A stretch of DNA of 64,000 nt from an uncultured delta proteobacterium (GCA_963842085.1 CAWJET010000001.1:96001-160000), one strand, 5' to 3'. Shown: positions 9,858 to 22,632, numbered from the stretch's first letter. Numbers and translations: made by a program. The notes: a model not told the origin generated them from the sequence alone.

Positions 9858-11437
9858 CAGGTGCCCGCCAGTCGCGCGCGCGAGCGCAGCGTCGGCCCGC
9901 CGTTGGACATCCGCTTGACCTGCATCGGCTGACCCTTGCCGCAGTTGGGGATCGCGATGAGACGCAGATCGTTGCCGACCGCATCCACGTTGGTGAAGAA
10001 GCTCTTCGAGTCGGCGATCACGCTGCCGGAGCGATAGAGGCGCCCGATTCGTCCGTGCTCGATCTCGTAAACGCGGCGAGCGGAGATGCGGAAATTTTCG
10101 CGCGACTCGGAGATCGAGGGAATCTGATGGCCGCAAACGTAGTAGCCGTGCTCGACATCGGCGATGATTTTTTCGGGCGGCGTTTCGCCGGGGAGGAAGA
10201 ACGTATTGGACATTCTGATCAGCGGCGCGTGCCATCCCTCGCTCGCGCGTGCCGAGCCGTTTGGCTCCGCGCCGAGCACCGCGGCGGTCGCGCGCGAATT
10301 GAGGAAGCCGCTGAAGACGCCGCGCTCGATGTGCATCACGCGGCGCCCGCGCGTGCCTTCGTGGTCGTAGCGGTAGTGGCCGTAGCCGTCGAGGCTCGGA
10401 TCGGAGCAGGCTGAGAGCAGCGGCGACGCGACCACCTTGCCCAACTGGTTGTCCGCGAGCGAGCGCAGGAACCAACTGCGTCCGGCATATGCGGCTTCCA
10501 TCTTGAGCGCGCGATCGGCTTCGCATGGATGGCCGATCACCTCGTGCGAAACGAGCGCATTAAAATGCGGGTCGGTCACGACCGCGACCTCGCCGTCGGG
10601 CGGCTCGAGGACAGGAGCCGCGGCAAGCTCGCGCGCCTCGGTGGCAAGGTTGACGCAAAATTTCGGGAGAGAGGGATTCGGCATCAGCTCGCCGCGCCAT
10701 CCGTCACTCAGGCACTCGAGCCCGCGCTGCTGGCCGATGGAGTCGTAGCTTTCCTGGTGGCCGTCGCCGATTTGCGCGACGACGTAACAGTCGCCCTGCG
10801 AGAACGCGAATGCCTGTGACACCACGGTGCCGGCGGTGTCGATGAAAATTTCGCGGCGCAACTCGGTCATCGCAGCAACGACCTGGTAGGCGATCGCATC
10901 GCCAAGTGCGGCGACCTCGCGCGAGGCGTCGAGCGAAATTTTCTTGAGCTCATCGGTCGAGAGCGCGCGTGGATCGCGACTGAAACTCGCGTCAACGTCG
11001 TCTCGGATTTTTTCGCGCGACGGAATCTGTGCGACGAGCAGACCTTTCGCTAAGTCGCCGAGGTGCGCGATGAGTTCGGATTTTTTGCGGGCGCTGAAAC
11101 GTGCCCGATCGTACGCCTCACTGAGCCCGCGCCGGAGCTCGGCGACGAGCTTCGCCGGCCGGCTCGCAAGCGTGCCAATTTCCGCGCCCGTTTGACCGTG
11201 ACCGACAGGACCCGCCCGGTCGGCGACATGAACGGAGACAAAATACGCTGCATTCTCGCTCTCAGAGCCGTCACGAGGCTCACCATTCACGGCCGCGCCG
11301 GAACGGTTGAAGACGACCTCGAAGCGGAGATCAGCGTACGCGACGCCGGGCTTCGAGCGGGCGAAGCGTGCGAGGATGCCCTCGCCCTCGCGCCGCAGGT
11401 ATTCGATCGCTTCGAACAGGTCGCCGTGCTCGATCAA
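9857..11437 (-). CDS. tldD: TldD family metalloprotease
   Basis: HEVIGH metal motif, RMSNTF, C-terminal CGKGQP; TTG start uncertain. Confidence 0.85.
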   Translation of the reverse strand: MIEHGDLFEAIEYLRREGEGILARFARSKPGVAYADLRFEVVFNRSGAAVNGEPRDGSESENAAYFVSVHVADRAGPVGHGQTGAEIGTLASRPAKLVAELRRGLSEAYDRARFSARKKSELIAHLGDLAKGLLVAQIPSREKIRDDVDASFSRDPRALSTDELKKISLDASREVAALGDAIAYQVVAAMTELRREIFIDTAGTVVSQAFAFSQGDCYVVAQIGDGHQESYDSIGQQRGLECLSDGWRGELMPNPSLPKFCVNLATEARELAAAPVLEPPDGEVAVVTDPHFNALVSHEVIGHPCEADRALKMEAAYAGRSWFLRSLADNQLGKVVASPLLSACSDPSLDGYGHYRYDHEGTRGRRVMHIERGVFSGFLNSRATAAVLGAEPNGSARASEGWHAPLIRMSNTFFLPGETPPEKIIADVEHGYYVCGHQIPSISESRENFRISARRVYEIEHGRIGRLYRSGSVIADSKSFFTNVDAVGNDLRLIAIPNCGKGQPMQVKRMSNGGPTLRSRARLAGT

Positions 11438-11448
11438 GAGGCCCGCAT

Positions 11449-12645
11449 CTAGATGATGCCTTCGCGCTTGAGGTCTTCGAGCTGGCCGCTGCCCAGTCCG
11501 AGCAGCTCGCCGTAAACGTCGGCGTTGTGCTGGCCGAGCAGCGGCGCGGCTGTCACTTCGACGGGCGAATCTTCGAGGCGTACCGGGCATCCCGGCATCG
11601 TGAAATCGCCGCGCACGGGATGCTTGATCGTGACGATCATGCCGCGCTCTTTGAGATGCGGGTCGTTCAGCAACTCGACGCTGTCGAGTACGGCGCCGCA
11701 TGGTACGCCGGCCTCGCCGAGGATGCGCATCACCTCGAACTTGGTGTGACGGCCGGTCCATTCGTTGATCATCTCGGTCAGCGAGTCGACGTTTTTAGCG
11801 CGGTTTCGTCCCGCGAAACGCTCGTCGCTTGCGACTTCGGGGCGGCCGATCACCTTCCACAGGCTCTCGAACATTTCGGGCGAAGTGCACAGGATGTAGC
11901 AATAATCGTTGTCGCCGCCGGGTGCGCATTTGTAGATGTCGCCGGGACCGCCGCCGCCGACACGGTTGCCGGTGCGCGGCGTGGGTTTGTGCGTGACGTA
12001 CGTGCCCATCATCGGGACGCGCACAAAGTTCAGCACCGCCTCCTGCATCGCGACTTCGACTTTCTGTCCCTTGCCGGTGCGTTCGCGCTGGATATAAGCG
12101 GCGAGCACGCCGACCGCCGCATGCATGCCGGTGCCGGTGTCGCCGATGGTGGGTCCGGGCTTCAGCGGCGGCGAACCGGGAAAGCCGGTCAGCGCCATCG
12201 CGCCGCCAGACGCCTGTGCAATCATATCGAAGCTCTTGTACTTGCTGTACGGTCCGTACGTGCCGAAGCCCTTGATGGTCAGGTAGATGAGCCGCGGATT
12301 TATTTCGCGCAGCCGCTCGTAACCGAGGCCGAGACCTTCGAGCGTGCCGAGCGAGAAATTTTCGGTGAGGATGTCGACGCGCTTGACCAGGTCGAGGAAA
12401 ATCGCGCGGCCCTTCTCGCTCTTGAGGTTGAGCGTGATGCCGCGCTTGTTGGCGTTGAGCAAAATGAAGTAGTAGGAATCGACGCCCTGTTTTTCGGTGA
12501 GCAGCCAGCGGCCCTGCTCGCCCATCTTCGGCGACTCGACCTTGATGACGTCGGCGCCGAGCCACGCCAGCATCTCGGTGCACGAGGTGCCGGCCTCGAA
12601 TTGCGTCATGTCCAGAACTTTGATCCCGCTCAGCGCCTTCTCCAT
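11449..12645 (-). CDS. CoA-transferase family III (CaiB/BaiF, formyl-CoA transferase-like)
   Basis: LSGIKVLDMTQFEAG, GADVIKVE, NANKRGITLNLK, APLLGQHN. Confidence 0.92.
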   Translation of the reverse strand: MEKALSGIKVLDMTQFEAGTSCTEMLAWLGADVIKVESPKMGEQGRWLLTEKQGVDSYYFILLNANKRGITLNLKSEKGRAIFLDLVKRVDILTENFSLGTLEGLGLGYERLREINPRLIYLTIKGFGTYGPYSKYKSFDMIAQASGGAMALTGFPGSPPLKPGPTIGDTGTGMHAAVGVLAAYIQRERTGKGQKVEVAMQEAVLNFVRVPMMGTYVTHKPTPRTGNRVGGGGPGDIYKCAPGGDNDYCYILCTSPEMFESLWKVIGRPEVASDERFAGRNRAKNVDSLTEMINEWTGRHTKFEVMRILGEAGVPCGAVLDSVELLNDPHLKERGMIVTIKHPVRGDFTMPGCPVRLEDSPVEVTAAPLLGQHNADVYGELLGLGSGQLEDLKREGII

Positions 12646-12807
12646 TGCCGCCCTCCTGCCGCGCGCGACGACGAGGATCGCCCGAGCGCGCGCTGTCACT
12701 TGATCTAGCGCCAGCGGCGGCGCGGCGGCAAGGTGCGTGGGGTTAAGTCTTCGGCTCCGGTCTGGTAGAAATCATGATGAGCCGGACGATGGATCGGCTC
12801 GCATGCA

Positions 12808-13941
12808 ATGGCGGACACGGCAATATCCAAGCTCGCACGAATCCGCGAGGAACTGAACCGGGTGTTCCTCGAGCGAGCCGATTTGATCGACGGTGCAATC
12901 GTGGCGATGCTGTCGGCGAATCACGTGCTGATTATCGGTCCGCCGGGAACGGCGAAGTCGATGCTGGCCGACGAACTGTGCCGGCGAATCGAAGGCGCGA
13001 ACTATTTTCAGTGGCTACTGACGAAGTTCAGCACGCCGGAGGAAATTTTCGGCGCTGTCAGCCTGAAGGGACTGGAGGAAGACGATTACCGGCGCGTCAC
13101 CGCGCACAAGCTGCCCGAGGCGCACATCGCATTCCTGGACGAAATATTCAAGGCCAACTCGTCGATCCTCAACGCGCTGTTGACGATCATCAACGAGCGT
13201 ATTTTCCATAACGGACGCGAGCGCGTCGCCGTGCCGCTGATCACGATGTTCGGCGCGTCCAACGAACTGCCCGACGAGGACGAGCTGACCGCGCTCTACG
13301 ATCGCTTCATGCTGCGCTTCATGGCCGATTACATCACCGAGGAACACGGTTTCATCCGCATGATGGCGGGCGGTCCGGAGCGCACACGCACGACGCTGAA
13401 ATTTGCGGAGCTCGACGAGCTGCGCGCCGCGGCGGCGTTGGTCACGGTGCCGGGCGCGATCCTCGAGGCAGTCGCGCAAATCAGGCGCGAACTAGCGCGC
13501 GAGCAAATCGTCGTATCGGATCGGCGATGGAAAAACTCGCTCGGCATTTTGCGCGCGCACGCGCTCGTGGCGGGACGTTCCGCGGTGGCCGAAGAGGATC
13601 TGATGTTCCTCGCGCACGTCCTGTGGAAAGACCCCGAAGAGCGGCCCAAGGTGGTCGAGGCGCTGCGCCGAATCGTCCGGGGATACGAGGACAAGCTGCA
13701 GGAGCTGGTGTTTGAGAGCCGCGAGCTGCGCGAATACGCCGAGGGCGCGTGGGAGAGCGAGGAGCTGCGGCGGCGAGCTCTGACCGAGGCGAATGCGAAG
13801 CTCGCAAATATCGCGGCGCGCTTCGACGTGCTGCTGAAAGAAGCGTCGGACTCGGGCCGGGCGGTCGCCAACGCGGAGCGGATGCGCGTCGAGGTCAAGG
13901 ATATTCAGCAGGCCGTGTTCCGCAGAAGCGTCGGCGATTAG
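12808..13941 (+). CDS. RavA/MoxR-type AAA+ ATPase
   Basis: GPPGTAKS Walker A, LLTKFSTPEEIFG, FLDEIFKANSSILNALL, ASNELP, ALYDRF, SDRRW. Confidence 0.9.
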   Translation: MADTAISKLARIREELNRVFLERADLIDGAIVAMLSANHVLIIGPPGTAKSMLADELCRRIEGANYFQWLLTKFSTPEEIFGAVSLKGLEEDDYRRVTAHKLPEAHIAFLDEIFKANSSILNALLTIINERIFHNGRERVAVPLITMFGASNELPDEDELTALYDRFMLRFMADYITEEHGFIRMMAGGPERTRTTLKFAELDELRAAAALVTVPGAILEAVAQIRRELAREQIVVSDRRWKNSLGILRAHALVAGRSAVAEEDLMFLAHVLWKDPEERPKVVEALRRIVRGYEDKLQELVFESRELREYAEGAWESEELRRRALTEANAKLANIAARFDVLLKEASDSGRAVANAERMRVEVKDIQQAVFRRSVGD

Positions 13942-13947
13942 AAATTC

Positions 13948-14721
13948 ATGCCCCTCGAAGAATCAACACCAGCGATCGTGCTTCGCGCGCGCGACTACGC
14001 CGAGTCGGATCGAATCGTCACGCTGCTGACGCTCAACGCCGGCAAGCTCAGCGGAATCGCGAAGGGCGCCAAGGCGTCGCGGCATCGCTTCGAGCGCAAG
14101 CTCGAACCATTCTCGCACGTCGTGTTGCACTACCGCCGGCGGCCGCACGGGCAGTTGGTGTTTATCACGCGCGCCGAAGCAGCCGACCTGACCCAGCACG
14201 TGCTCGACGACGACCTCGCCAAGATCGCGCTCGGCAGCTACATGCTCGAACTCACCGACGCGCTGACGACCGAGGAGAGCGAGGCCGCGGATGCATACCG
14301 CGTGCTGTCGGAGGGACTCGGCGCGCTCAGCACGCGGTTCGCGGACGCGGCGATTCGGCAGGCTTTCGAGATGCGGCTGCTGGGATGGGCCGGTTTCGGA
14401 CTCGAGTTCACGCGCTGCCGCATCTGCGCGAGCCCCAACGGCGACAACGGCGCGACGGTCTATTTCGTAGTGTCGAGCGGAGGGATCGTGTGCGCGAAAT
14501 GCCGGCCGTCAGTAGCGGAGGGCGCAATCAAGTTGTCGAGCAGGGGCGCCGCTAGACTCGCGCGACTGGGCAGGCTGCCGATGGACGATTCGCCCGGCTC
14601 GGAAGCCGCAGGGCCGGACGGCGCACTTGCGCTGGCGCGGTTCATCAGTTCGATCGTCGATCGGCGGCTGCGCAGCCAGGAATTTCTCGATTCAGTTTTG
14701 CCGCGCGCGGGAAAAGAGTGA
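13948..14721 (+). CDS. recO: DNA repair protein RecO
   Basis: AIVLRARDYAESDRIVTLLT...GIAKGAK, LEPF, CxxC...CxxC zinc finger. Confidence 0.92.
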   Translation: MPLEESTPAIVLRARDYAESDRIVTLLTLNAGKLSGIAKGAKASRHRFERKLEPFSHVVLHYRRRPHGQLVFITRAEAADLTQHVLDDDLAKIALGSYMLELTDALTTEESEAADAYRVLSEGLGALSTRFADAAIRQAFEMRLLGWAGFGLEFTRCRICASPNGDNGATVYFVVSSGGIVCAKCRPSVAEGAIKLSSRGAARLARLGRLPMDDSPGSEAAGPDGALALARFISSIVDRRLRSQEFLDSVLPRAGKE

Positions 14722-14733
14722 AAGACTGAACAA

Positions 14734-15336
14734 TTATCCGCCGGATTCGCGCGCCGGAGTTTCTCCGTACACGACCTCGGGCTCGCGGTAGCGGCCATTT
14801 CGATGCTCGATCAAAACGATGCCGCAGTTCGGCGGCACGTGAGCATTTTCCCATTTGCCAGTTACGTGAGCCCATACCGCTCGCATTACACCGCCGTGAC
14901 TGACGATCACGATCTCGTCGTCGGAATATTTTCCGGCTACGCGATCGAGAACCGGTGCGACACGCCTGAGCACGTCTTCATGACTCTCGCCGCCCGGTGC
15001 GCGCCACGCCCACGAGCGCTTCGGATCGAAGGTGGGATCGTTGGCGAGCGACTCGTACGGCTGCCCGGCGAGGTTGCCGAGACTCATCTCGCGGAACTCC
15101 GCCTCGTATTCGATCGGGATGGCCAGTTCGGCGGCGATGATGAGCCCGGTTTCGCGGGCCCGCGCGAAGGTGCTCGCAATCACCAACCTCGGCTGGAACT
15201 TCAGCTTGATTCTCTGCGCGGCCTCGCGCGCCTGGCGGCGGCCAAGCTCCGTGATTTTCGCTTCGCCCGACGTGGTGAAGCGTCGAATCGCGTTGCCTTC
15301 GCTCTCGCCATGACGAACCATTATCAGCTTGCCCAT
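14734..15336 (-). CDS. Histidine phosphatase (phosphoglycerate mutase family)
   Basis: VRHGES, RARET, GGES, VSHGG. Confidence 0.92.
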   Translation of the reverse strand: MGKLIMVRHGESEGNAIRRFTTSGEAKITELGRRQAREAAQRIKLKFQPRLVIASTFARARETGLIIAAELAIPIEYEAEFREMSLGNLAGQPYESLANDPTFDPKRSWAWRAPGGESHEDVLRRVAPVLDRVAGKYSDDEIVIVSHGGVMRAVWAHVTGKWENAHVPPNCGIVLIEHRNGRYREPEVVYGETPARESGG

Positions 15337-15392
15337 TGGGTAAAAATTTTCTCCGAAAATTCAGTTTGGCGCTAACGAAACGATGCGGCTCT

Positions 15393-16172
15393 TCAGGTCT
15401 TGGGCTTGTCGTCGCCGCCACCGGCAGCCTTTGCAAACGCGCGGAACGGTTCGAACAGATCGATCGGAAGCGGAAAGACGGTCGTGGAATTGTTCTCGGT
15501 CGCGATCTCCTTGAGCGTCTGCAGGTAGCGAAGCTGAAGGGTGATCGGACTTTTGCTCATAACCTCCGCCGCATCCGCGAGCCGCTGCGAAGCCTGGAAT
15601 TCGCCCTCGGCCGCGATTACCTTGGCGCGCCGCTCGCGCTCGGCTTCGGCCTGCGCCGCGATTGCGCGCTGCATGTCCTGCGGCAGATCGATATTTTTCA
15701 ACTCGACGAGCGTGACCTTCACACCCCACGGCTCGGTTTGCGAATCGACGATCTCCTGGATGCGCGCGTTGAGCTTGTCGCGCTGGCTGAGCAGCTCGTC
15801 CAGCTCGGTCTGACCGCCCACGGAGCGCAGCGTGGTCTGCGCGAGTTGCATCGTGGCGAACAGGTAGTTTGCGACCTCGGTGACCGCGCGCGACGGATCG
15901 ACGACACGAAAATACAGCACGGCGCTGACCTTGACCGTCACGTTGTCCTTGGTGATGACATCCTGCGGCGGGATGTCGAGCGTCACCGTCCGCAGATCGA
16001 TTCGCGCCATCCGCTCGAGCACGGGAATCACGAAAATCACGCCCGGCCCTCGATACGGGGTGAGGCGGCCGAGTCGAAAGACCACGCCGCGCTCGTACTC
16101 GTTGAGGACCTTGAGCCCGCTCAAAACGAAAAGTGCGCCGATGAAGACGACTATGCCGACTCCAGTGGCCAT
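15393..16172 (-). CDS. SPFH/stomatin-like (slipin) protein
   Basis: [43 protein letters not shown]. Confidence 0.95.
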   Translation of the reverse strand: MATGVGIVVFIGALFVLSGLKVLNEYERGVVFRLGRLTPYRGPGVIFVIPVLERMARIDLRTVTLDIPPQDVITKDNVTVKVSAVLYFRVVDPSRAVTEVANYLFATMQLAQTTLRSVGGQTELDELLSQRDKLNARIQEIVDSQTEPWGVKVTLVELKNIDLPQDMQRAIAAQAEAERERRAKVIAAEGEFQASQRLADAAEVMSKSPITLQLRYLQTLKEIATENNSTTVFPLPIDLFEPFRAFAKAAGGGDDKPKT

Positions 16173-16253
16173 CGCGATTCTCCTTCGCCTCCAAGCGCGC
16201 GAGGCTTGCCGATACCCTACGCTATCTTGCGAACCCTGCGAAATCTTCCAGGC

Positions 16254-17585
16254 TCACGGCATCTTCTGCACTTGCAATTCCAAACCGTTAATCGACTTGA
16301 CGCGAGCGCGTGCGCCCGGGCTGAGCGCGTCGCTGCTGATGGCACGCCAAATCTCGCCATGCACAAACACTTTGCCGGGCGCGCCGGGAGCGATCGCCTC
16401 GCGCACTTCGCCGACCTCGCCGACGATGCCTTCGGCGCCGATAGTCGAGCGCCGTCGGCGCTCGCGCGTCACGATGTATCCGATGCCGAGGATGATCAGC
16501 GTCAGCGCGGCGGCAGCACCATATATGATGTCGCGGTTCACCACCAGGTCAGTCTTCGAAGTGTCGATTAAAAACAGCGAGCCGATGACGAACGCGGTGA
16601 CGCCGCCCAAGCCGAGGATTCCGTAGCTGGTAACGAAGGCCTCGGAGATCAGCAATCCAACCCCGAGAAAAATCAGCAGCAAGCCGGTGAGATTCACCGG
16701 CAACACCTGGAACGACGCGAGCGCGAGCAGCAGGCAAATCGCGCCGGCGACGCCGGGAAAGATCACGCCCGGATGCGCGAACTCGAAGTACAGCCCGATC
16801 AATCCCGCCATCAGCAACAGATAGACGATGTTAGGATCGGCCAGGACGTTGAGCAGTTGCTGCCCGGTCGTCATCCGCACGCGGCGCACGGTGGCGTCCG
16901 CCAGCGCGAGCGTGATGGTGCGGCCCTCGACCCGCACCTTGCGGCCGGTGGCTTGGGTCAGGAGGCTGCGGAGGTCCGGTGCGACGATATCGATCACGTT
17001 CTTCGCCAGCGCCTCGCGCTCGCCGATCGCGATACTGTGGCGGACGGCCTGCTCCATCCAGTCCTGGTTGCGCCCCCGCTGCTCGGCGATCGTGCGCGCA
17101 AAGGTCGCGGTGAAATTCTCGATCTTCTGACCCATCGCGCCCGTGATGTTCTCGCCGCCCTCTTCGACCGGATGAGCGGCGCCGATCGTTGTTCCCGGAG
17201 CCATCGCGGCCACGTTCGCGGCTTCGGTTATGAAGGTACCGGCTGATGCTGCGCTGGCGCCCGACGGCGCGACGTAAACGATTACCGGCACGGGCGCAGC
17301 CAGGATGGCTTTGACGATCTTTTCCGCTGAGTTGAGCAGCCCCCCCGGCGTGTCGAGCTCGATCACGAGCGCGCTCGCGCCTTCGGCATTTGCGGACGCA
17401 AGCGAATCCTCGATGTAGGAGGCGACGGCGGGATTGATCGAGCCGTCAATCGTGATCAGCTCAACCCACGGCGGACGCGCCGCCAATTTCGCGGGCGCGT
17501 CGGCGGCAACGGCTCGTCGCGAGGCGGACGATCCGATCGCGATCGCCAACGCGGCGACGACGACCAGCCTTGCGCGAATGCTCAC
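16254..17585 (-). CDS. nfeD: NfeD family membrane-bound serine protease
   Basis: LDTPGGL, AASAG, GAAHPV, TM block, C-terminal GKVFVHGEIWRA; adjacent to SPFH gene; GTG start overlaps udg stop. Confidence 0.9.
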   Translation of the reverse strand: MSIRARLVVVAALAIAIGSSASRRAVAADAPAKLAARPPWVELITIDGSINPAVASYIEDSLASANAEGASALVIELDTPGGLLNSAEKIVKAILAAPVPVIVYVAPSGASAASAGTFITEAANVAAMAPGTTIGAAHPVEEGGENITGAMGQKIENFTATFARTIAEQRGRNQDWMEQAVRHSIAIGEREALAKNVIDIVAPDLRSLLTQATGRKVRVEGRTITLALADATVRRVRMTTGQQLLNVLADPNIVYLLLMAGLIGLYFEFAHPGVIFPGVAGAICLLLALASFQVLPVNLTGLLLIFLGVGLLISEAFVTSYGILGLGGVTAFVIGSLFLIDTSKTDLVVNRDIIYGAAAALTLIILGIGYIVTRERRRRSTIGAEGIVGEVGEVREAIAPGAPGKVFVHGEIWRAISSDALSPGARARVKSINGLELQVQKMP

Positions 17586-18373
17586 GCGGAACCGCCGCGG
17601 CGCGGAATCGGCATCCCCAGAAATCTCATCACTTCCTGGATATCCGCCCACACCAGCCGTTTGTCGCTCGGGTTACGCAGCAGGTACGCGGGATGAAACG
17701 TGGGCATGAATCGGATGCCACGAAAATCCTGCCAGTTGCCGCGCAGCTTGCTGATGGGAATCTTCACCTTGAGCACCGCCTGCACGGCGAAGGTGCCAAG
17801 CCCAACGATCGCGCGCGGGCGCACGACCTCAATCTGGCGAAACAGAAATGGCTCGCACGCGGCGACTTCGTCGGGTTCGGGATTTCGATTGTCGGGCGGG
17901 CGGCACTTGATCACGTTGCAAATGTACACGTCGGCGCGGCGGAGACCCATGCCGCGCTCGATGATGTCGGTCAGCAACTGGCCGGCGCGCCCGACAAACG
18001 GCTCGCCGCGCGCGTCCTCGTCGGCGCCGGGCGCCTCGCCAACGAACATCAACTGCGCGTTGGGATCGCCGACCCCGAAAACGAGATGGGTACGGCGCGG
18101 CGCGAGTTTGCATCGCTGACAATCACCGATGAACGCGCGCAATTCATCGAGCGTCGAAGATTTTTCGAGCCCGGGATATTTCGAGAACAGTTCTGTCGAT
18201 ACAGGTACAGCTTCAGCCTTGGTCGCAGTAGGCATAAGCGATGGCGGCATTGCGCGCGTCGCGGAAGTAACAGGTGCAGGCAGTCCTTCCATCCCCTCCT
18301 CGCGCAACTGCTCGACGTAGTCGCGAATCGATGCAACCAGCGTGCGGCGATCCGGCGGCGATGACGCGTCCAT
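17582..18373 (-). CDS. Uracil-DNA glycosylase family 4
   Basis: [37 protein letters not shown]. Confidence 0.95.
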   Translation of the reverse strand: MDASSPPDRRTLVASIRDYVEQLREEGMEGLPAPVTSATRAMPPSLMPTATKAEAVPVSTELFSKYPGLEKSSTLDELRAFIGDCQRCKLAPRRTHLVFGVGDPNAQLMFVGEAPGADEDARGEPFVGRAGQLLTDIIERGMGLRRADVYICNVIKCRPPDNRNPEPDEVAACEPFLFRQIEVVRPRAIVGLGTFAVQAVLKVKIPISKLRGNWQDFRGIRFMPTFHPAYLLRNPSDKRLVWADIQEVMRFLGMPIPRRGGSA

Positions 18374-18380
18374 GCGGGGA

Positions 18381-19631
18381 TTATCTGACGGCGCGCAACC
18401 GTGAGGGTTTGTCCGCGCGGCCCGACTTCGGTTTGGCAGCGCGAAGCGCGACGATTCGATCGAGGATCAGGTCCGCAACCGCTTCCTTGGACATCTGCGG
18501 ATGGCTTTGGGAGCTCCCGTCGGCACCCATGAGAGTCACGATATTGGTATCGACCTCGAACCCGGCGCCTTCTCGCGTCACGTCGTTCGCGACGATAAGG
18601 TCGAGCCCTTTGCGCTTGAGCTTGGCCCGCGCGTTGGCTTCCAGGTCCTCGGTTTCGGCCGCGAATCCAATCAAAAGGCGCGCGCCCTTCTTCGCCGCCA
18701 GCCGCGGCATCTCGTCCGCGATCGATTCCATCTCGAGTCGAAGGCCGCGCGCGTCTTTCTTGATCTTGCCGCCCGCCGGGTTCGCGGGACGGAAGTCGGC
18801 AATCGCCGCCGCCATCACGAGCGCCGTGGACCAGGGAAAGTTGCTCGACGTTTGGGCGAGCATCGCGGCCGCCGTCACAGTTTCAATTCGTTCGACGCCA
18901 TAAGGCGTCGCGAGCGCTGAAGGCCCCGCGATGAGTCGCACCGACGCACCGCGGCGCCACGCCGCCCGCGCGATCGCAAAGCCCATCTTGCCCGACGAAC
19001 GGTTGGTGACGAATCGCACCGGATCGATCGGCTCTCGTGTCGGTCCCGCCGTTACCAAAATATTTTCGCCCGCAAGATCCTGCAGGGACAGCATCTTCTC
19101 GATTTCCGCGACGACGATTGCTGCGTCCGGCAACCGGCCCTTGCCCTCGTAACCGCACGCGAGCGCGCCCTCGCCCGGCTCGATTATCACAGCGCCGCGC
19201 GTGCGCAGCTTGTCAAGGTTCTCGGCAACCGTCGGATGCTCGTACATGTGCACGTTCATCGATGGCGCAAACGCGACTTTCGCGCGCGTCGCAAGCAACA
19301 CAGTGGTTACGATGTCGTCAGCGATGCCGACGGCAGCCTTGGCGATCAAGTCGGCCGTCGCGGGCGCGATCACGATCGCGTCGGCGCTGTCGGCGAGCCG
19401 GATGTGCCCGATCTCGGATTCCTGCGTCAGCGAGAACGTGTCGGTGGCGACCGGATTCGAGCTGAGTGTCTGGAGCGTGAGCGGCGTGATGAACTCGGTC
19501 GCGTTGCGCGTCATCATCACCCGGACAATCGCGCCCGAGTTGACGAGCAGGCGCACGAGTTCCGCGGATTTGTAAGCGGCGATTCCGCCACTCACGCCGA
19601 GCACGATCGTCTTGCCGCTAAGCACGCCCAT
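18381..19631 (-). CDS. coaBC: Bifunctional phosphopantothenoylcysteine decarboxylase/ligase
   Basis: [50 protein letters not shown]. Confidence 0.97.
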   Translation of the reverse strand: MGVLSGKTIVLGVSGGIAAYKSAELVRLLVNSGAIVRVMMTRNATEFITPLTLQTLSSNPVATDTFSLTQESEIGHIRLADSADAIVIAPATADLIAKAAVGIADDIVTTVLLATRAKVAFAPSMNVHMYEHPTVAENLDKLRTRGAVIIEPGEGALACGYEGKGRLPDAAIVVAEIEKMLSLQDLAGENILVTAGPTREPIDPVRFVTNRSSGKMGFAIARAAWRRGASVRLIAGPSALATPYGVERIETVTAAAMLAQTSSNFPWSTALVMAAAIADFRPANPAGGKIKKDARGLRLEMESIADEMPRLAAKKGARLLIGFAAETEDLEANARAKLKRKGLDLIVANDVTREGAGFEVDTNIVTLMGADGSSQSHPQMSKEAVADLILDRIVALRAAKPKSGRADKPSRLRAVR

Positions 19632-19685
19632 CGAGCTTGATTCTAGTGCGGCGCGCCTGCGAGCGAAACGGCCCCCGTACCGCCG

Positions 19686-21005
<1,320 letters not shown>

Positions 21006-21026
21006 AACTTCAGAGACTCCTTGGCA

Positions 21027-21362
21027 TCAGCCCTTTCGGAACCGCGAGGGAAATTCGGCGCCGAAAGTTTGATCGGGATGGAGCACGCGCGCGCGCTCGA
21101 TCAGAACCTCTTCGGTCTCGGGAATGTTCGGGTCGGGAATGCAGCAATCGACCGGACATACCGCCGCGCACTGTTCCTGGTCGAAAAAGCCGACGCACTC
21201 GGTGCACTTGTCCGGGACGATGTAATAGATGTCGTCTTTGATCGCGGGCTTGGTCGCGCCGTTGAGTTCCCACTGCGCGCCACCTTCGTAAATCGCGGTG
21301 TTGGGGCATTCCGGCTCGCACGCACCGCAATTGATGCATTCTTCTGTTATCAGCGTGGACAT
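21027..21362 (-). CDS. yfhL: YfhL-family 2x[4Fe-4S] ferredoxin
   Basis: [12 protein letters not shown] and [22 protein letters not shown]. Confidence 0.92.
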   Translation of the reverse strand: MSTLITEECINCGACEPECPNTAIYEGGAQWELNGATKPAIKDDIYYIVPDKCTECVGFFDQEQCAAVCPVDCCIPDPNIPETEEVLIERARVLHPDQTFGAEFPSRFRKG

Positions 21363-21489
21363 CTTCCAGCTCCGAAACCGGTCCTTGCGAAAATGGATTG
21401 CGCGCATCGGCGGCGACAAAACGATCGGACCGAACGGCAACAATATCGGCGCGCGGCAGGTCGAGCAAGTACATCAAGCCGCCAGGCCG

Positions 21490-22539
21490 TCAGTCGGCCA
21501 CGGCGTTCACAATCCGTCGCGCAAGTTCCAGGAACGCAATGCTGGCGGGATGCGCCGGATTCGCGATCGTGATCGGCATGCCGTCGTCGCCGGCCTGGCG
21601 TACATCGGGGTAAATCGGAATCCGCGCGAGCAATTGCGTCCCCTCCTCCGCCGCCATCCGCTCGCCGCCGCCGTAGCCGAAAAGTTCGTCGCGCTCGCCG
21701 CAATCCGGACATACGAAGTAGCTCATGTTCTCGACCACGCCGAGAATCGGGCAATGCACCTGGCGAAACATCTTCACTGCGCGAGTCGCGTCGAGCAGCG
21801 CAACGTCCTGCGGCGTCGTCACGATCACGGCGCCGTCGAGCGAGACCTGCTGCGCGAGCGTCAACTGCGCGTCGCCGGTACCGGGCGGAAGATCGACCAC
21901 CAAGAAATCCTGGCTGCCCCACAGCGTGTCCTTCAGGAACTGGCGCACCGCGCCCATCACCATCGGCCCGCGCCAGATAACCGGCGCCTTTTCGCCCAGA
22001 AAAAATCCGATCGAGATCAGCTTCACGCCGTACTTCTCGATCGGATAAAAGTTCTGCCCGCCCGCCGACTTCGGCCGCTCGTCGCCGACGTTGAACATCA
22101 TCGGCACCGACGGCCCGTAGATGTCCGCGTCGAGCAGGCCGACGCTGAGCCCCAATCGCGCCAGCGCCACCGCGGTGTTTGCCGCGACGGTCGATTTGCC
22201 CACGCCGCCCTTGCCGCTCCCGACCGCGATAATGTGCTTCGTCCCTTCGAGGCGCACGCGCCCGGTTTTCTCGCCAAGCTCGGCTTCAATTCGATGCACC
22301 CGAAGCTCGACCTTGGGCACGCCGAGGTCGTGGGTGAGCGCATGATGGATTTTCGCGGCGAGCTCGCGGATCACCTCGTCGCGCTCGGTGGCCTGCCGAA
22401 TCGTGATTGTGTAGCCGCCGTTGGGCGCCGGCTGAGCATCCTCGACGATTCCAAGCGCAACGAGGTCGGCGGAGTAACCGGGATACTCTACGTGTCCGAG
22501 CGCCTCGATAACCGCATCGTTAGATACCTGCCGTGCCAC
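21490..22539 (-). CDS. mrp: Mrp/NBP35 (ApbC) Fe-S carrier ATPase
   Basis: GKGGVGKST, DADIYGPS, WRGPM, DLPPGTGD, ENMSYFVCPDC. Confidence 0.95.
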   Translation of the reverse strand: MARQVSNDAVIEALGHVEYPGYSADLVALGIVEDAQPAPNGGYTITIRQATERDEVIRELAAKIHHALTHDLGVPKVELRVHRIEAELGEKTGRVRLEGTKHIIAVGSGKGGVGKSTVAANTAVALARLGLSVGLLDADIYGPSVPMMFNVGDERPKSAGGQNFYPIEKYGVKLISIGFFLGEKAPVIWRGPMVMGAVRQFLKDTLWGSQDFLVVDLPPGTGDAQLTLAQQVSLDGAVIVTTPQDVALLDATRAVKMFRQVHCPILGVVENMSYFVCPDCGERDELFGYGGGERMAAEEGTQLLARIPIYPDVRQAGDDGMPITIANPAHPASIAFLELARRIVNAVAD

Positions 22540-22632
22540 TAATGCAATTATCGCAGATGCATTAGAGCGTCGGAAGCATCGCTTGCTATAGCCATGCTTC
22601 CAAGCTTCTCGAAGCGAACTCCCAAGGCCGAC

